The notes under the pieces are model-generated. The model worked only from the letters and a program-made list of their open reading frames with translations, had not been told where the DNA came from and did no database searches. Positions 1 to 10,181 of a stretch of 64,000 bases of DNA are shown piece by piece (positions within the stretch are counted from its first letter, which is position 1; every line of letters begins with the position of its first letter). This stretch comes from Deltaproteobacteria bacterium. Lineage in GTDB: Bacteria; Bdellovibrionota; JAJCYS01. The translations under genes were made by a program, and so were the position numbers. The stretch is from contig JAJCYS010000038.1 of assembly GCA_029262815.1 (NCBI GenBank), forward strand, positions 15,182 through 79,181, written 5' to 3'.

Positions 1-391
1 TAATTAAATCTGCGCCATCATCCAACGTTAAAGTGGGTGAAAAAGTTAATGTCTCATCAATGGCCCAATAAAACTCTTCTCGGCTCATGCCATGCCACGC
101 ATACACGGACAACCCCGCGTCCGCCATCGCAGCTGCGACATCATCCTGCGTGGACAAAGGATTGCATCCAGACCATTTCAACTCAGCACCCAAGGCATTC
201 AGCGCTTCAACTAAAATAGCAGTTTCTTTGGTTACATGAAGACACCCTGCAATACGTTGCCCTTTCAATGGCTGTTCTTGCTTATACTCGGCAACTAACT
301 TCGCTAGAACAGGCATATGCTTTCGAGCCCAATCCATTTTCAAATGACCTGATTGAGCCAAACCAATATCTTTTACTTTGTAGTCAGACAT
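1..391 (-). CDS. ahcY: adenosylhomocysteinase, N-terminal part (gene continues beyond window start)
   Basis: Minus-strand translation from ATG at 389-391 gives MSDYKVKDIGLAQSGHLKMDWARKHMPVLAKL...QPLKGQRIAGCLHVT..., matching the conserved AhcY N-terminus. Absent from ORF track because there is no in-window stop. Confidence 0.8.
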   Translation of the reverse strand, partial: MSDYKVKDIGLAQSGHLKMDWARKHMPVLAKLVAEYKQEQPLKGQRIAGCLHVTKETAILVEALNALGAELKWSGCNPLSTQDDVAAAMADAGLSVYAWHGMSREEFYWAIDETLTFSPTLTLDDGADLI

Positions 392-413
392 ATGTAACTC
401 CTAAAAAACTAGA

Positions 414-1847
414 TTAGTGTTTGGGCGGTTTATCGTCCACATTTAAAACTCGTGGTGTCCGTAATATTTCAAGCTGCGACAACCCAAAGTGAACATTATA
501 GTCCTTACCAAAGCGATGGTAAAGCACTTCAGCCTTCTTCCCGATTGGCACACGTCCAAGAACCCGGACAAAATCTCTAATATTTCGAATTCGAAAGCCA
601 TTCACTGCTTTAATGACGTCATACGGCTTCAACGACCCTCGATCGCCCTGTGCATCATCTAAAATATCAGTCACCTCAACACCCAACTGATCAGAAAGTG
701 CATATCCAGGTGTGTCAGGGTTAACGTTGTGCACTGCTACACCAGAAGCCAAGGCATACTCCTTGATCTGAAACTGAGCGCTGTCTTCGATATTCAACTT
801 TAGTTTTTTGAACGCCCCATTGCGAACAACCACTACAGGTACATTTTTGCCCACATTGCGATCCAAATACCGATTCACAAAATCAATCGTATCTTCCATG
901 ACATAGTAAGGCCCTAACTTATAAATCAGATCAAAAGGCTTCAAGATATTCGTCGCAGGCCCACCCGGCGTCGCATGGGTTACCACATACATCCCCTTTG
1001 AAAACAATTTGGGCGGTCGTGGCATACCCGCTTTGAGATACCAGTTCAACCGTTTGTCATCCACCTTCGTAAACTGTGTCCCTAAATGAGCGCGGCGAAC
1101 TTTTTTGACCTTGCCCGTCAATTTGGCTTCACGAATAATATCCATAAAATCATCGGCAGACAGAGCAAAGGTCATTTTTGTATTATCCTGAGCTGAACGG
1201 TAGGTATTCATCCCGAGCACATTTCCCGTTTGAAGACTAAATGAAGGCCCACCAGAGTTACCCCCCGCAATGGCCATATCAAGCTGTAAGAACCGACCAT
1301 ATCCGACTTGCTTTCGCATCTCAGCAGCCACATATCCGACAGAAAGTGAAAACTCGTATCCAAGGGGATGGCCAAAACCACCTACTCGGTGCCCCGTTCG
1401 TATCCTTTTGGCACTTTGAAAAGTCGCCTCAGCCCATTTAAATTTAACTTTCTTAGGGTCAACTTTTAATATTGCAATATCCATTCGATCATCGAGATAA
1501 ACTCGTTTTGCGAGTACTTTTTCTTTGTTGTGAAATACGACATGGATTTCGGCAGGACTTTTTGTAACTACATGGCGATTGGTTAAAATCAACCCACGTT
1601 TTGTGTCGATCACCATCCCACTACCTAAATACGGATTGTTCTCAGTACTTTTTTGATCCCCTCCTAAGCCGATAAAAACTCGGGTTTTCACCAATACTGT
1701 GTACCGATAGGATCGAGACACGATTCTCTCAATCCGGGATGGATTCCGTGACGAATTAGAATAACTATGACTACGTTTCGCAGGTCGTGCTGCAGACGTA
1801 AAAAGCACAACTACACTTAATACACATATTACCGAAAATCGCTTCAT
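414..1847 (-). CDS. secreted trypsin-like serine peptidase (S1 family, HtrA/DegP-like)
   Basis: 477 aa; hydrophobic N-terminal signal peptide; GNSGGP catalytic-serine motif; TNRHVV His region. Confidence 0.75.
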   Translation of the reverse strand: MKRFSVICVLSVVVLFTSAARPAKRSHSYSNSSRNPSRIERIVSRSYRYTVLVKTRVFIGLGGDQKSTENNPYLGSGMVIDTKRGLILTNRHVVTKSPAEIHVVFHNKEKVLAKRVYLDDRMDIAILKVDPKKVKFKWAEATFQSAKRIRTGHRVGGFGHPLGYEFSLSVGYVAAEMRKQVGYGRFLQLDMAIAGGNSGGPSFSLQTGNVLGMNTYRSAQDNTKMTFALSADDFMDIIREAKLTGKVKKVRRAHLGTQFTKVDDKRLNWYLKAGMPRPPKLFSKGMYVVTHATPGGPATNILKPFDLIYKLGPYYVMEDTIDFVNRYLDRNVGKNVPVVVVRNGAFKKLKLNIEDSAQFQIKEYALASGVAVHNVNPDTPGYALSDQLGVEVTDILDDAQGDRGSLKPYDVIKAVNGFRIRNIRDFVRVLGRVPIGKKAEVLYHRFGKDYNVHFGLSQLEILRTPRVLNVDDKPPKH

Positions 1848-1941
1848 AGACCCTGAGCCCTTTAAAAGTAGATACTGACTAAAACTACACGTTTTACCCC
1901 TTTCACTATATGTTAGTTCGCATTAATTGCCAAGAACCGCT

Positions 1942-2901
1942 CTACACGGGATACCCTATCCCTTCTTTATCGTCAGAAAACGAATGGATCAAAGGACGCT
2001 CTCCTTCATACGTTACTGTCGTCTTGTCATGAAGCGGAATTTTGCCACCCCCTTCAGCATCATCGAAAACCAAGTGTGGAATAGCTGCACCCGGCAACTC
2101 AGCCCACAACCCTCGCCATAATGTCGTAGCCTCAGATACGGGCACCATAAAATGAGCTGTCCCTTGGGCCAAATCACACAAATGTAAATACCCCACATGC
2201 ACCCCCAATGTGTATAGGGACATGAACGTCTCCTTGAGTGCTGCCACCGAATCATTTACGCCACGCAACAAAACCGATTGGCTATAACAGACCATTCCCC
2301 GCTTCATCAACGTTTTCACGATATTGGAAAGTTCAGGTGTCACTTCGTCTCGATGATTCACATGAAGATACAACGTCAGTGGTTGATGGGCCTCTAGAAC
2401 ATCGTAGACCTCTGGTGATGAAAATCGTTTTGGATGAAAAATGGGCGCCCGCGTCCCAATTCGAATACGCAAATCCGGTGAAATGTCCCTCACCTTACCC
2501 AGCAATTCCGACAATTGGGGGTCTGACAAAATGAAAGGATCTCCCCCCGTTAGCAAGACTTCAGAAATTTCAGGGTGCTCACGTAAATAGGTATCAATTG
2601 GAGCCCAATGCTCCAGAACGGTTTTGGTCGAGGGTGGGTTAATAAACCCAGCACGAAAACAATACCGACAATAAGCAAAGCATTGTTGTGTAACTAAAAT
2701 CATGGCGATTCGGGGGTACCGATGTACAAGATAAGGTACGGGACTATATTTTGTCTCTCTCAATGGATCCCATGACAACTCAGGCAGCATAACTCCTTCA
2801 CGTTTATCCGGCTCCACCTGTTTCATGAGGTGCGTTTTACCTCTCATGAGTCGCTTAAAAAAAGCAGGGACTCGATTGGGAATTCGTTCTGTCGTCACCA
2901 C
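1942..2901 (-). CDS. KamA-family radical SAM enzyme (lysine 2,3-aminomutase / EpmB-like)
   Basis: CFAYCRYCFR = CxxxCxxC Fe-S motif in the KamA-family context; 319 aa. Confidence 0.7.
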   Translation of the reverse strand: MVTTERIPNRVPAFFKRLMRGKTHLMKQVEPDKREGVMLPELSWDPLRETKYSPVPYLVHRYPRIAMILVTQQCFAYCRYCFRAGFINPPSTKTVLEHWAPIDTYLREHPEISEVLLTGGDPFILSDPQLSELLGKVRDISPDLRIRIGTRAPIFHPKRFSSPEVYDVLEAHQPLTLYLHVNHRDEVTPELSNIVKTLMKRGMVCYSQSVLLRGVNDSVAALKETFMSLYTLGVHVGYLHLCDLAQGTAHFMVPVSEATTLWRGLWAELPGAAIPHLVFDDAEGGGKIPLHDKTTVTYEGERPLIHSFSDDKEGIGYPV

Positions 2902-3037
2902 TTTGCCTCACTTTAAAGGGTTTTTAGCCCAATTTGGTATCAAAATAAAATGCTGTTATAATTCGGTTTTAATACTATTTGCACGCTCAACATCATGCGC
3001 TTGATATAATAAAGCAAAAACCGACCTAGGAGGCCAC

Positions 3038-4837
3038 ATGTCTTTTCAGTCCATACCACACATGATTGCCCATCATGTAGAATCTTCACCAGATAAACCC
3101 TTGTTTTGGGAAAAAAAACCAAGTGGATATACACCTGTCACCTGGCGCACGTTTTGGCAAGATATTGAACTTTATGTATATGCTTTAAATTATTTGGGTT
3201 ATAAAGCGGGTGACAAAATTTCGCTTCTAGCTGAAAACCGATATGATTGGTCTTTGACCGACATTGCAGCCATGACCTACGGCATGCTCGATGTGCCTAT
3301 TTATCCCGTCAACACGGCCGCTCAATGCAAATACGTCATTGGGCATAGTGAATCGCGGATTATCGCAGTTTCAACCCGTGAGCAGCTCGAAAAAATTCTC
3401 TCAATCCCAAACGTTTCTGAGTTGCTTGACCACATCATCGTATTTGATGCCCTAAAAAAATTGCCTGAAGTAGAGGGTGTAACCATTCTCACCTTAACAA
3501 AACTCAAACAATTGGGCCGCGACCATGCCGACAAGACTATCATCAAAAATTCAATGGCCTCTCTTACGAGTGAAACCCTCGCGACCATCATTTACACCTC
3601 TGGCACCACTGCCAACCCTAAGGGCGTGTGCTTAACGCATGGTAATTTTCTTTCGACTGCCGAATCCTGCTGCAAAGCTATCATTGTTGAAGAGGCTGAC
3701 GTTTATCTATCCTTTCTTCCTCTTTCTCATGTCTTTGAGAGACTTGTTGGGCTTTATCTGATGTTGTTTGCAAAAGCAGAAGTCGGCTACGCTGAAAACA
3801 TCAATGCGGTTGCTAAAAATATGCAAGAATTCAAACCCACCATTATGATTGGTGTCCCTCGTTTTTTTGAGAAACTCAATGGCAAAATTCAAGATGCACT
3901 TAGCAAATCATCTCCCCTTAAAAAATGGCTTTTAGGCAAAGCAACAAAAACCCAAGTTGCCTTTGACTCGACACTGGAAAAAGAAGGCAAGGTGCCCTTG
4001 AAGTTAAAATTGGCTCAGGCATTCTTTCATAAGCTTGTATTGAAAAAAATACATGCCAAACTTGGCGGTCGGCTTCGCTTTTTTGTTTCTGGCGGCGCAC
4101 CCCTTTCACCTGAGCTCAATGATACGTTTGCAAAATTTGGCGTGCTTATTCTACAAGGCTACGGCCTCACGGAAACCTCAGCTGTAGTTTCTGTAAATCG
4201 TCTACATCGCCACAAATCAGATGCGGTCGGCTTGCCTATAGATTGCGCCGAAGTTAAGATTGCACCTAACGGAGAAATTCTGACCCGTGCTCCGAACACC
4301 ATGAAATGCTACTACAAGAATGAACAAGCCACCAAAGAAGCTATTACCCCAGATGGCTGGCTCCATACAGGTGATATTGGACACTTGGATGATGAAGGCT
4401 TCCTCTACATCACAGATCGCATCAAAGATATTATTGTGACTTCAGGCGGCAAAAATGTAGCACCTTCAAAAATTGAAAACATGCTCAAAAACACACGTGT
4501 TATTGAACATGCCATGGTCGTCGGTGACAAACGAAAATACCTCACCTGTTTAGTCGTACCGAATGAAGAGTTCCTGACTCTGTTTGCTGAAAGAAAGAAA
4601 ATAAATGGCACTGTCCCAGACCTCTACAACCATCCCATCATCCAAAAAATGATCCAGGACGGTGTCCAAAAAGTTAATAAAAATCTCGCATCATTTGAAC
4701 AACTCAAAAAATTCCGTATGATTACACAGGAGTTTAGCGTGGACACAGACGACCTCACGCCTACCCTAAAAGTAAAAAAATCAAATGTCTGTTTAAAGTA
4801 CAAAGATTTGATCGAAGACATGTATGCAGAAGCCTGA
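3038..4837 (+). CDS. long-chain fatty-acid--CoA ligase (AMP-dependent synthetase)
   Basis: YTSGTTANPKGVCLTHGNF AMP-binding motif; 599 aa; upstream extended -10-like TGATATAAT near 3010. Confidence 0.8.
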   Translation: MSFQSIPHMIAHHVESSPDKPLFWEKKPSGYTPVTWRTFWQDIELYVYALNYLGYKAGDKISLLAENRYDWSLTDIAAMTYGMLDVPIYPVNTAAQCKYVIGHSESRIIAVSTREQLEKILSIPNVSELLDHIIVFDALKKLPEVEGVTILTLTKLKQLGRDHADKTIIKNSMASLTSETLATIIYTSGTTANPKGVCLTHGNFLSTAESCCKAIIVEEADVYLSFLPLSHVFERLVGLYLMLFAKAEVGYAENINAVAKNMQEFKPTIMIGVPRFFEKLNGKIQDALSKSSPLKKWLLGKATKTQVAFDSTLEKEGKVPLKLKLAQAFFHKLVLKKIHAKLGGRLRFFVSGGAPLSPELNDTFAKFGVLILQGYGLTETSAVVSVNRLHRHKSDAVGLPIDCAEVKIAPNGEILTRAPNTMKCYYKNEQATKEAITPDGWLHTGDIGHLDDEGFLYITDRIKDIIVTSGGKNVAPSKIENMLKNTRVIEHAMVVGDKRKYLTCLVVPNEEFLTLFAERKKINGTVPDLYNHPIIQKMIQDGVQKVNKNLASFEQLKKFRMITQEFSVDTDDLTPTLKVKKSNVCLKYKDLIEDMYAEA

Positions 4838-4902
4838 GTAAAAGTGAAGGAGATTGCTTCGTCGTGCATCTGGCCCTCCTCGCGAGTGACATGAGTGTGG
4901 CA

Positions 4903-6321
4903 CTATTTAGTAGGTGTGTTTTTTGTTTTCTTAACGGCCGTGCTTTTGTCCGAAGATGATTTGGGATCCGGGGTCTCTGAAAAAACCCATAAAACACCCA
5001 GCAAAAGTAGCCCCACTAATATAAGAATTTTCCTTTTCTTTGGGTCTTGCCACCAACGTTTAAATAAACTCTTAGATGTACCCTGTCGATTGGCTTTACC
5101 CTGAGCAAGCCCGAACTGAACATCGTCCCAAGACCTATTCGGATCGAGCGCGAACTTAAAACGAATGCCTGAACTGCCTGTCACTTCATGCCAATTTTTT
5201 TTCTGAGTCACAGGTTTTATAATTCGAGGACGTGTATGTTCCTCCGATGAAATCAATTGCGTTTGGCCTTCCGTGCCTGTTGCCTGCAACACGGCTTCAG
5301 AAGCTTCTGTTTCATGGGTTTCAAATACGAGCATATCCGAAGGCTCGTCCATTTTTGCAATCTCTTGCGTGTATTCATCTTTGAAAGATTTCAGAAGCAG
5401 TGCAGCACAGTCTTCTGACCGACACCCTTCATAGTGTGTATTTAAAATACGATGAAGGTCTTGCGCAAAGATTTTGGCTTGTTGATACCGACGGGGACGT
5501 TCCTTGACGATCGCTTTATTTAGCACTTCCTCTAATTCTGTAACCACTTCAGGACGCACTAACCCCGTATGAGGTGCTTTGAATGTCTCCATCATCTTTA
5601 CAAATTGAATTTCAGAATCCGCTTGAAATAACTTCTTTCCGGTTAACAATTCATACAGTACTACCCCAAGGGAAAACACATCACTTCGTTCGTCCAGGCT
5701 TAATCCCTCTACCTGTTCAGGTGACATATATCCAAATTTTCCTTTGAGTATGCCTGTAGCCGTTTTTTCTGCCTTTGTCTGAAATTTTGCAATTCCGAAG
5801 TCTACAATTTTGATCTCACCACCAAAGGTCATCATTATGTTTTGGGGGTTAATGTCTCTGTGAACGATTTTTAAGGGCTCATCGCCTTCCTGCTTCTCAT
5901 GTGCATAGGCCAACCCTCGGGCTACTTCGAGTACCACATGAAGCGCGACTGGGATGGGTAGCAATGTGTTTTTCTCTTTTTGACGCTTTAGGATCTGACG
6001 CAAATTACGACCAAAAATGTACTCCATGACCAAGTACACATCTTTATTATCTTTAAAAAAATCAATAACTTGCACTATATTTGGATGCACCAACGAAGAC
6101 ATGACCTTTGCCTCAGACAAAAACATACTTTGAAAAGCAGGCGTATCTATAAATTCAGGTAGGATGCGCTTCAGGGCCACCACCTTCTCAAACCCAAAGG
6201 CGCCCATGATCTTTGCTCGAAAGACCTCTGCCATCCCGCCACGGGCAATGAGATCCTGGCGAATAATATAGCGGTTTAATTTTATCACTCGGGTAGACAT
6301 ATACATCTCACCTATCGGCAT
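4903..6321 (-). CDS. Hanks-type Ser/Thr protein kinase, C-terminal membrane anchor
   Basis: HRDINPQNIMM catalytic loop, DFGIAK, GYMSPEQ; hydrophobic stretch ILILVGLLLLGVLWVF near C-terminus. Confidence 0.8.
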   Translation of the reverse strand: MPIGEMYMSTRVIKLNRYIIRQDLIARGGMAEVFRAKIMGAFGFEKVVALKRILPEFIDTPAFQSMFLSEAKVMSSLVHPNIVQVIDFFKDNKDVYLVMEYIFGRNLRQILKRQKEKNTLLPIPVALHVVLEVARGLAYAHEKQEGDEPLKIVHRDINPQNIMMTFGGEIKIVDFGIAKFQTKAEKTATGILKGKFGYMSPEQVEGLSLDERSDVFSLGVVLYELLTGKKLFQADSEIQFVKMMETFKAPHTGLVRPEVVTELEEVLNKAIVKERPRRYQQAKIFAQDLHRILNTHYEGCRSEDCAALLLKSFKDEYTQEIAKMDEPSDMLVFETHETEASEAVLQATGTEGQTQLISSEEHTRPRIIKPVTQKKNWHEVTGSSGIRFKFALDPNRSWDDVQFGLAQGKANRQGTSKSLFKRWWQDPKKRKILILVGLLLLGVLWVFSETPDPKSSSDKSTAVKKTKNTPTK

Positions 6322-6384
6322 TACACAAAGAAAAATGATAAATTTTTCATACCTTTACGGTACTTTCTTCGGTAAACTTAAAGT

Positions 6385-6690
6385 ATGGCAGAAAATCATG
6401 TAACGAAGTCGCAATTCGTTGAGCACCTCACCGCCAAGACTGGGTTACCCAAAAAGCAAGTTGAGAAGATCGTGAATACGGTTTTTCAGACCATGATCGA
6501 CACCATGGTGCAAGGGGGTCGAATTGAGATCCGTGGCTTTGCCAGTTTTTTTGTTAAAACATACAAAGGGTACAAAGGCCGAAACCCTAAAACAGGTGAT
6601 GCGGTGATGGTAGAAGAGAAACGCTTACCTTTCTTTAAAGTCGGCAAAGAGCTCCGTACCTATCTCAACGAATCTTCCCGGATCGAATAG
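6385..6690 (+). CDS. HU/IHF family DNA-binding protein (IHF beta-like)
   Basis: 101 aa; RIEIRGFASF and GRNPKTGD motifs. Confidence 0.8.
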   Translation: MAENHVTKSQFVEHLTAKTGLPKKQVEKIVNTVFQTMIDTMVQGGRIEIRGFASFFVKTYKGYKGRNPKTGDAVMVEEKRLPFFKVGKELRTYLNESSRIE

Positions 6691-6739
6691 CACAGTCATT
6701 TACTCTTTTTTTTTCTACACTGAAGTATAATGCCTACCT

Positions 6740-7759
6740 ATGACATCATCCTCAGAAACGCCCTTTCGCACCGTACTCATTACAGGGGGATGCGGATTTT
6801 TAGGGCAGCATCTCACACATAGGCTCATCCAAAGATGGCCGCACCTTCAAATCACACGAATAGACATCAAACCTGAGCGCCAACCCCTTTTTCAATGGCC
6901 CACCCACGCAAAAGTCACCACCTTTGACACCTTAGACTTACTCACATTAGATCCTAAATCCATTGAACCCACCGATGTGGTCATTCACACCGCGGGATTA
7001 GTCTCATTTGCCCAAAAAGATACCGGAGCCTTACACCGTGTAAATGGTGAAGGTACCCGCGTCGCCCTAAAGCTCGCGAAACATGCCAAGCGGTTCATCC
7101 ATGTCAGCTCTGTCGCAGCACTCGGATATTCAGATGATCCAAACCAATACGCAACGGAGGACTTTCGATTTGATTGGTCCGTTGCTGAGCGCCATAAAAA
7201 AGGCTACATGCTTTCAAAGCATAGGGCAGATGTGGTCGTCAAAGAGGCTCGGTCCTTAGGATATCCGGCCACAATCGTTTATCCAGGACTTATGTACGGC
7301 CCTGGGGATTTCACCAATAGTGTGCCTTTCTTTAAGGCCATATGTGAAGGCAAGGTTAAACTCTCCCCTCCGGGGGGCACCAATGTAATCGACGTCCGAG
7401 ACGTGGCGGATGGGATTATTTCCGTACTCTCAAAGGGCATAGGTGGGGAAGACTATCTTCTCTCTGGACACAACCTCCGTTTACACGAAATAATCTCCTT
7501 GATTGCAAAAGTCGCAAACGTTAAGGCACCCAAACTCACTTTGCCTTTTTGGACCCAGCATGGATTAGTACCTTTCTGGCGTTTCATTGAATGGATTCAC
7601 CCAACAATCAACCCCACAGCTGATCACGTACACGCAAGCTATCTCTTTCGATATTTTTCAAATTTAAAAGCAAAAGAACAGCTCAACTGGGTCCCAAAAA
7701 AGTCTTTTGAACAAACGGTATCTGATACATTACACTGGATGGAATCGCATGGCATCTGA
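6740..7759 (+). CDS. NAD-dependent epimerase/dehydratase family protein (3-beta-HSD-like)
   Basis: ITGGCGFLGQHL Rossmann motif near N-terminus; 339 aa. Confidence 0.7.
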   Translation: MTSSSETPFRTVLITGGCGFLGQHLTHRLIQRWPHLQITRIDIKPERQPLFQWPTHAKVTTFDTLDLLTLDPKSIEPTDVVIHTAGLVSFAQKDTGALHRVNGEGTRVALKLAKHAKRFIHVSSVAALGYSDDPNQYATEDFRFDWSVAERHKKGYMLSKHRADVVVKEARSLGYPATIVYPGLMYGPGDFTNSVPFFKAICEGKVKLSPPGGTNVIDVRDVADGIISVLSKGIGGEDYLLSGHNLRLHEIISLIAKVANVKAPKLTLPFWTQHGLVPFWRFIEWIHPTINPTADHVHASYLFRYFSNLKAKEQLNWVPKKSFEQTVSDTLHWMESHGI

Positions 7760-8486
7760 ACACACATCAAAACCCGTCGCTATCGTCACGGGCGCAAGCA
7801 GCGGCATTGGCCGCGCGACAACTCTATCTCTATCTCGCCAGGGCTACCAGGTCGTGGCAGCTGCCAGACGTCCTGAGCGTTTAGCCGACCTAAAAAAACA
7901 ATGTCCCATATGCACGATTGTGCCAACAGATATTACGGACGAACAATCTGTGGCTCATCTATTTCAACACACAGCTGACACCTTTGGTCGATTGGATCTA
8001 CTCGTTAACAATGCGGGTCGAGGCCTTCAAGCAGCTATTCCTGATATTTCATACGAAGACTGGCTCTCTGTGATGCACACTAATTGTACGGGCGTGTTTT
8101 TGTGTACCAAAGCAGCTCTAGCCTACATGACTCGTGGAGGGGTGATAGTGACCGTCTCCTCTATGGCAGGTCGTTTTGGTGTCCCAAACTATGCTGCATA
8201 CTGTGCTTCGAAACATGCGGTTGAAGGATTTCAAAAAGCTGCCTGGTGGGAATTACGTAAGCGTGGTATTGCATGTCATACCTTGCACCCTGCTCGAGTG
8301 AACACTGCTTTTTTTGAAGACTACGATAAACAACCCGGGCAACGTCAATTGCTCGACCCTCAAGACATAGCGGATGTTATCGTTGCCTATAGTCAACGAA
8401 GATGTGTAAAAGCTTGGGGGTATCTGGTTCGAAATTTTGTTAAACGTCTGAAGCGACTTATATTTTTTAAACGAGGCACAACATGA
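7749..8486 (+). CDS. short-chain dehydrogenase/reductase (SDR)
   Basis: TGASSGIGRAT cofactor motif and YCASKHA (YxxxK). Start set at ATG 7749 (MASEH), overlapping the upstream stop by 11 nt; the ORF-track start at 7707 is probably an extension. Confidence 0.75.
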   Translation: MASEHTSKPVAIVTGASSGIGRATTLSLSRQGYQVVAAARRPERLADLKKQCPICTIVPTDITDEQSVAHLFQHTADTFGRLDLLVNNAGRGLQAAIPDISYEDWLSVMHTNCTGVFLCTKAALAYMTRGGVIVTVSSMAGRFGVPNYAAYCASKHAVEGFQKAAWWELRKRGIACHTLHPARVNTAFFEDYDKQPGQRQLLDPQDIADVIVAYSQRRCVKAWGYLVRNFVKRLKRLIFFKRGTT

Positions 8487-9415
8487 AAAGAACATCTTTT
8501 TCTTTACCCAAAGTAACTGTACATCGGTCACTCAAATCGTTAACCCATCTTAAAGAGATTGCACAGGATGAGAAAGAGCGTATCAACTGGGCTGAGTCCA
8601 TACTTGGCATTCCTAATATCTGGCAAAAAACCCGAGGTGAAAACGTACGTGTTGCTGTGTTGGATACGGGGGTCGATACGTCTCATCCCGATTTATCGGA
8701 TGCAGTGATTAAATCGAAAGATTTCACAGGAGACGGCATCGAAGACAGTCAGGGTCATGGCACACATTGTGCGGGTATTATTGCGGCACGTCAAAACGGC
8801 GTGGGATTTATCGGTGTGGCCCCAAAAGCTGACTTACTCATTGGTAAAGTCCTCAATAATCGGGGATCCGGACAGATGGAATGGATCGCAAATGGCATTG
8901 ATTGGGCCGTGAAGCAGAATGCTCATATCATTTCGATGTCTTTAGGGGGTCCTCAATCTTCTCAAGTACTGTATGAAAGTATTCACAAGGCTTTGATGAA
9001 AGGGGTGTTGATTATTTGCGCTGCTGGTAATGAAGGTACACTGTATCAAAACAGTATTGGCTATCCGGGTCGATATGGCAGTGTCATTACAGTGGCTTCA
9101 CATGATCGCAGCGGCAATCGATCTGGATTTTCTTCTCACGGCGGTGAATTGGACGTCATGGCTCCTGGATCTAATATCTGGTCTACTTATAAAAATGGTG
9201 GATACGCTGAACTCAGTGGCACCTCAATGGCAACCCCATTCGTGGCTGGACTTTCGGCGCTTATTCTCTCAAAGCATTTGAAAAAAGGTGGACGAACGCC
9301 TATTGAAAATAATGAGGATTTGCGGATTCATTTATTACGTATGGCAGGACATCCGGGCTTTCACGATAATAGACGTGGGTATGGGCCCTTATTGCCGTTT
9401 CAGTATTTTACTTAA
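8483..9415 (+). CDS. S8 subtilisin-like serine peptidase
   Basis: Catalytic triad blocks VLDTGVD / HGTHCAG / GTSMATP; no obvious signal peptide. Confidence 0.85.
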   Translation: MKRTSFSLPKVTVHRSLKSLTHLKEIAQDEKERINWAESILGIPNIWQKTRGENVRVAVLDTGVDTSHPDLSDAVIKSKDFTGDGIEDSQGHGTHCAGIIAARQNGVGFIGVAPKADLLIGKVLNNRGSGQMEWIANGIDWAVKQNAHIISMSLGGPQSSQVLYESIHKALMKGVLIICAAGNEGTLYQNSIGYPGRYGSVITVASHDRSGNRSGFSSHGGELDVMAPGSNIWSTYKNGGYAELSGTSMATPFVAGLSALILSKHLKKGGRTPIENNEDLRIHLLRMAGHPGFHDNRRGYGPLLPFQYFT

Positions 9416-9417
9416 TC

Positions 9418-10125
9418 TTAGATATCTATTGTTTTGGGCAGTTCTTGTTTTTTTTCTTCAACCTTTAATTGATCAGGCCGGATGTATTTATAAGTCTTAA
9501 CAGATTTTTCGGGGTTGTAATGTTTTTGGACCCATTCTTCGATGTCCATTTCTTTTTGGTGTGGTTTATAAGATTTTATGATGGTTTCAAACGTACAAGT
9601 TCCTGTACATAGATGGCCAAACTTATGGGAAAAAGATTTTCTCGCTTCTTTGGCGGACTCACCGTGAATAATAATTCTTGCTAATGCGCTAGCAAAACTG
9701 GTTCGATCCGCACCAGCTTTACAATGAATGAGTACTATTTTTTTCTCAGCTTTCACTTTTTTGATGGCTTGAATTAAATCGATTAGTAACTTCTTGTTGG
9801 GAAATCCGCCTGTCGCATTGAGATATGGCTTTGCATCGCCGATATCAAAAAACATGTCATAATAATCGACACCCAATTTTTTGACGACTTTCTTCTCTTC
9901 TTCGTAGTAGGACTGACCTACTTTAACCCCGTTTAGGTTAATCACAGCTTGTACGTTGTTAATCGTTAAAACTTCTTCAAGTTTAGACGCGTCTAATTGA
10001 GCCGTACGAAGAATTTTATGAGGATGGCTGGGATCTCCAACTTGATGGATGTTATTACCGCATCCCGAAAGAGTAACGGCAGCAAATCCAAGATAAACCG
10101 AAACGGTTAGAATATTTGCATTCAT
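9418..10125 (-). CDS. lipoprotein Cys-based protein phosphatase (CX5R, PTP/dual-specificity-like)
   Basis: HCKAGADRTS P-loop; N-terminal signal peptide with lipobox-like LSGC. Confidence 0.65.
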   Translation of the reverse strand: MNANILTVSVYLGFAAVTLSGCGNNIHQVGDPSHPHKILRTAQLDASKLEEVLTINNVQAVINLNGVKVGQSYYEEEKKVVKKLGVDYYDMFFDIGDAKPYLNATGGFPNKKLLIDLIQAIKKVKAEKKIVLIHCKAGADRTSFASALARIIIHGESAKEARKSFSHKFGHLCTGTCTFETIIKSYKPHQKEMDIEEWVQKHYNPEKSVKTYKYIRPDQLKVEEKKQELPKTIDI

Positions 10126-10181
10126 GCCCTACATATCGGGCATAAATATATTTAGTTTAGAATTAATAAATATTTAGTTTT

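Noticed and set aside
37-219. 60-aa plus-strand ORF at the window start
   Set aside because: It lies antisense within the well-supported ahcY coding region.
1241-1441. 66-aa plus-strand ORF inside the S1 protease gene
   Set aside because: Antisense shadow ORF with no start signals.
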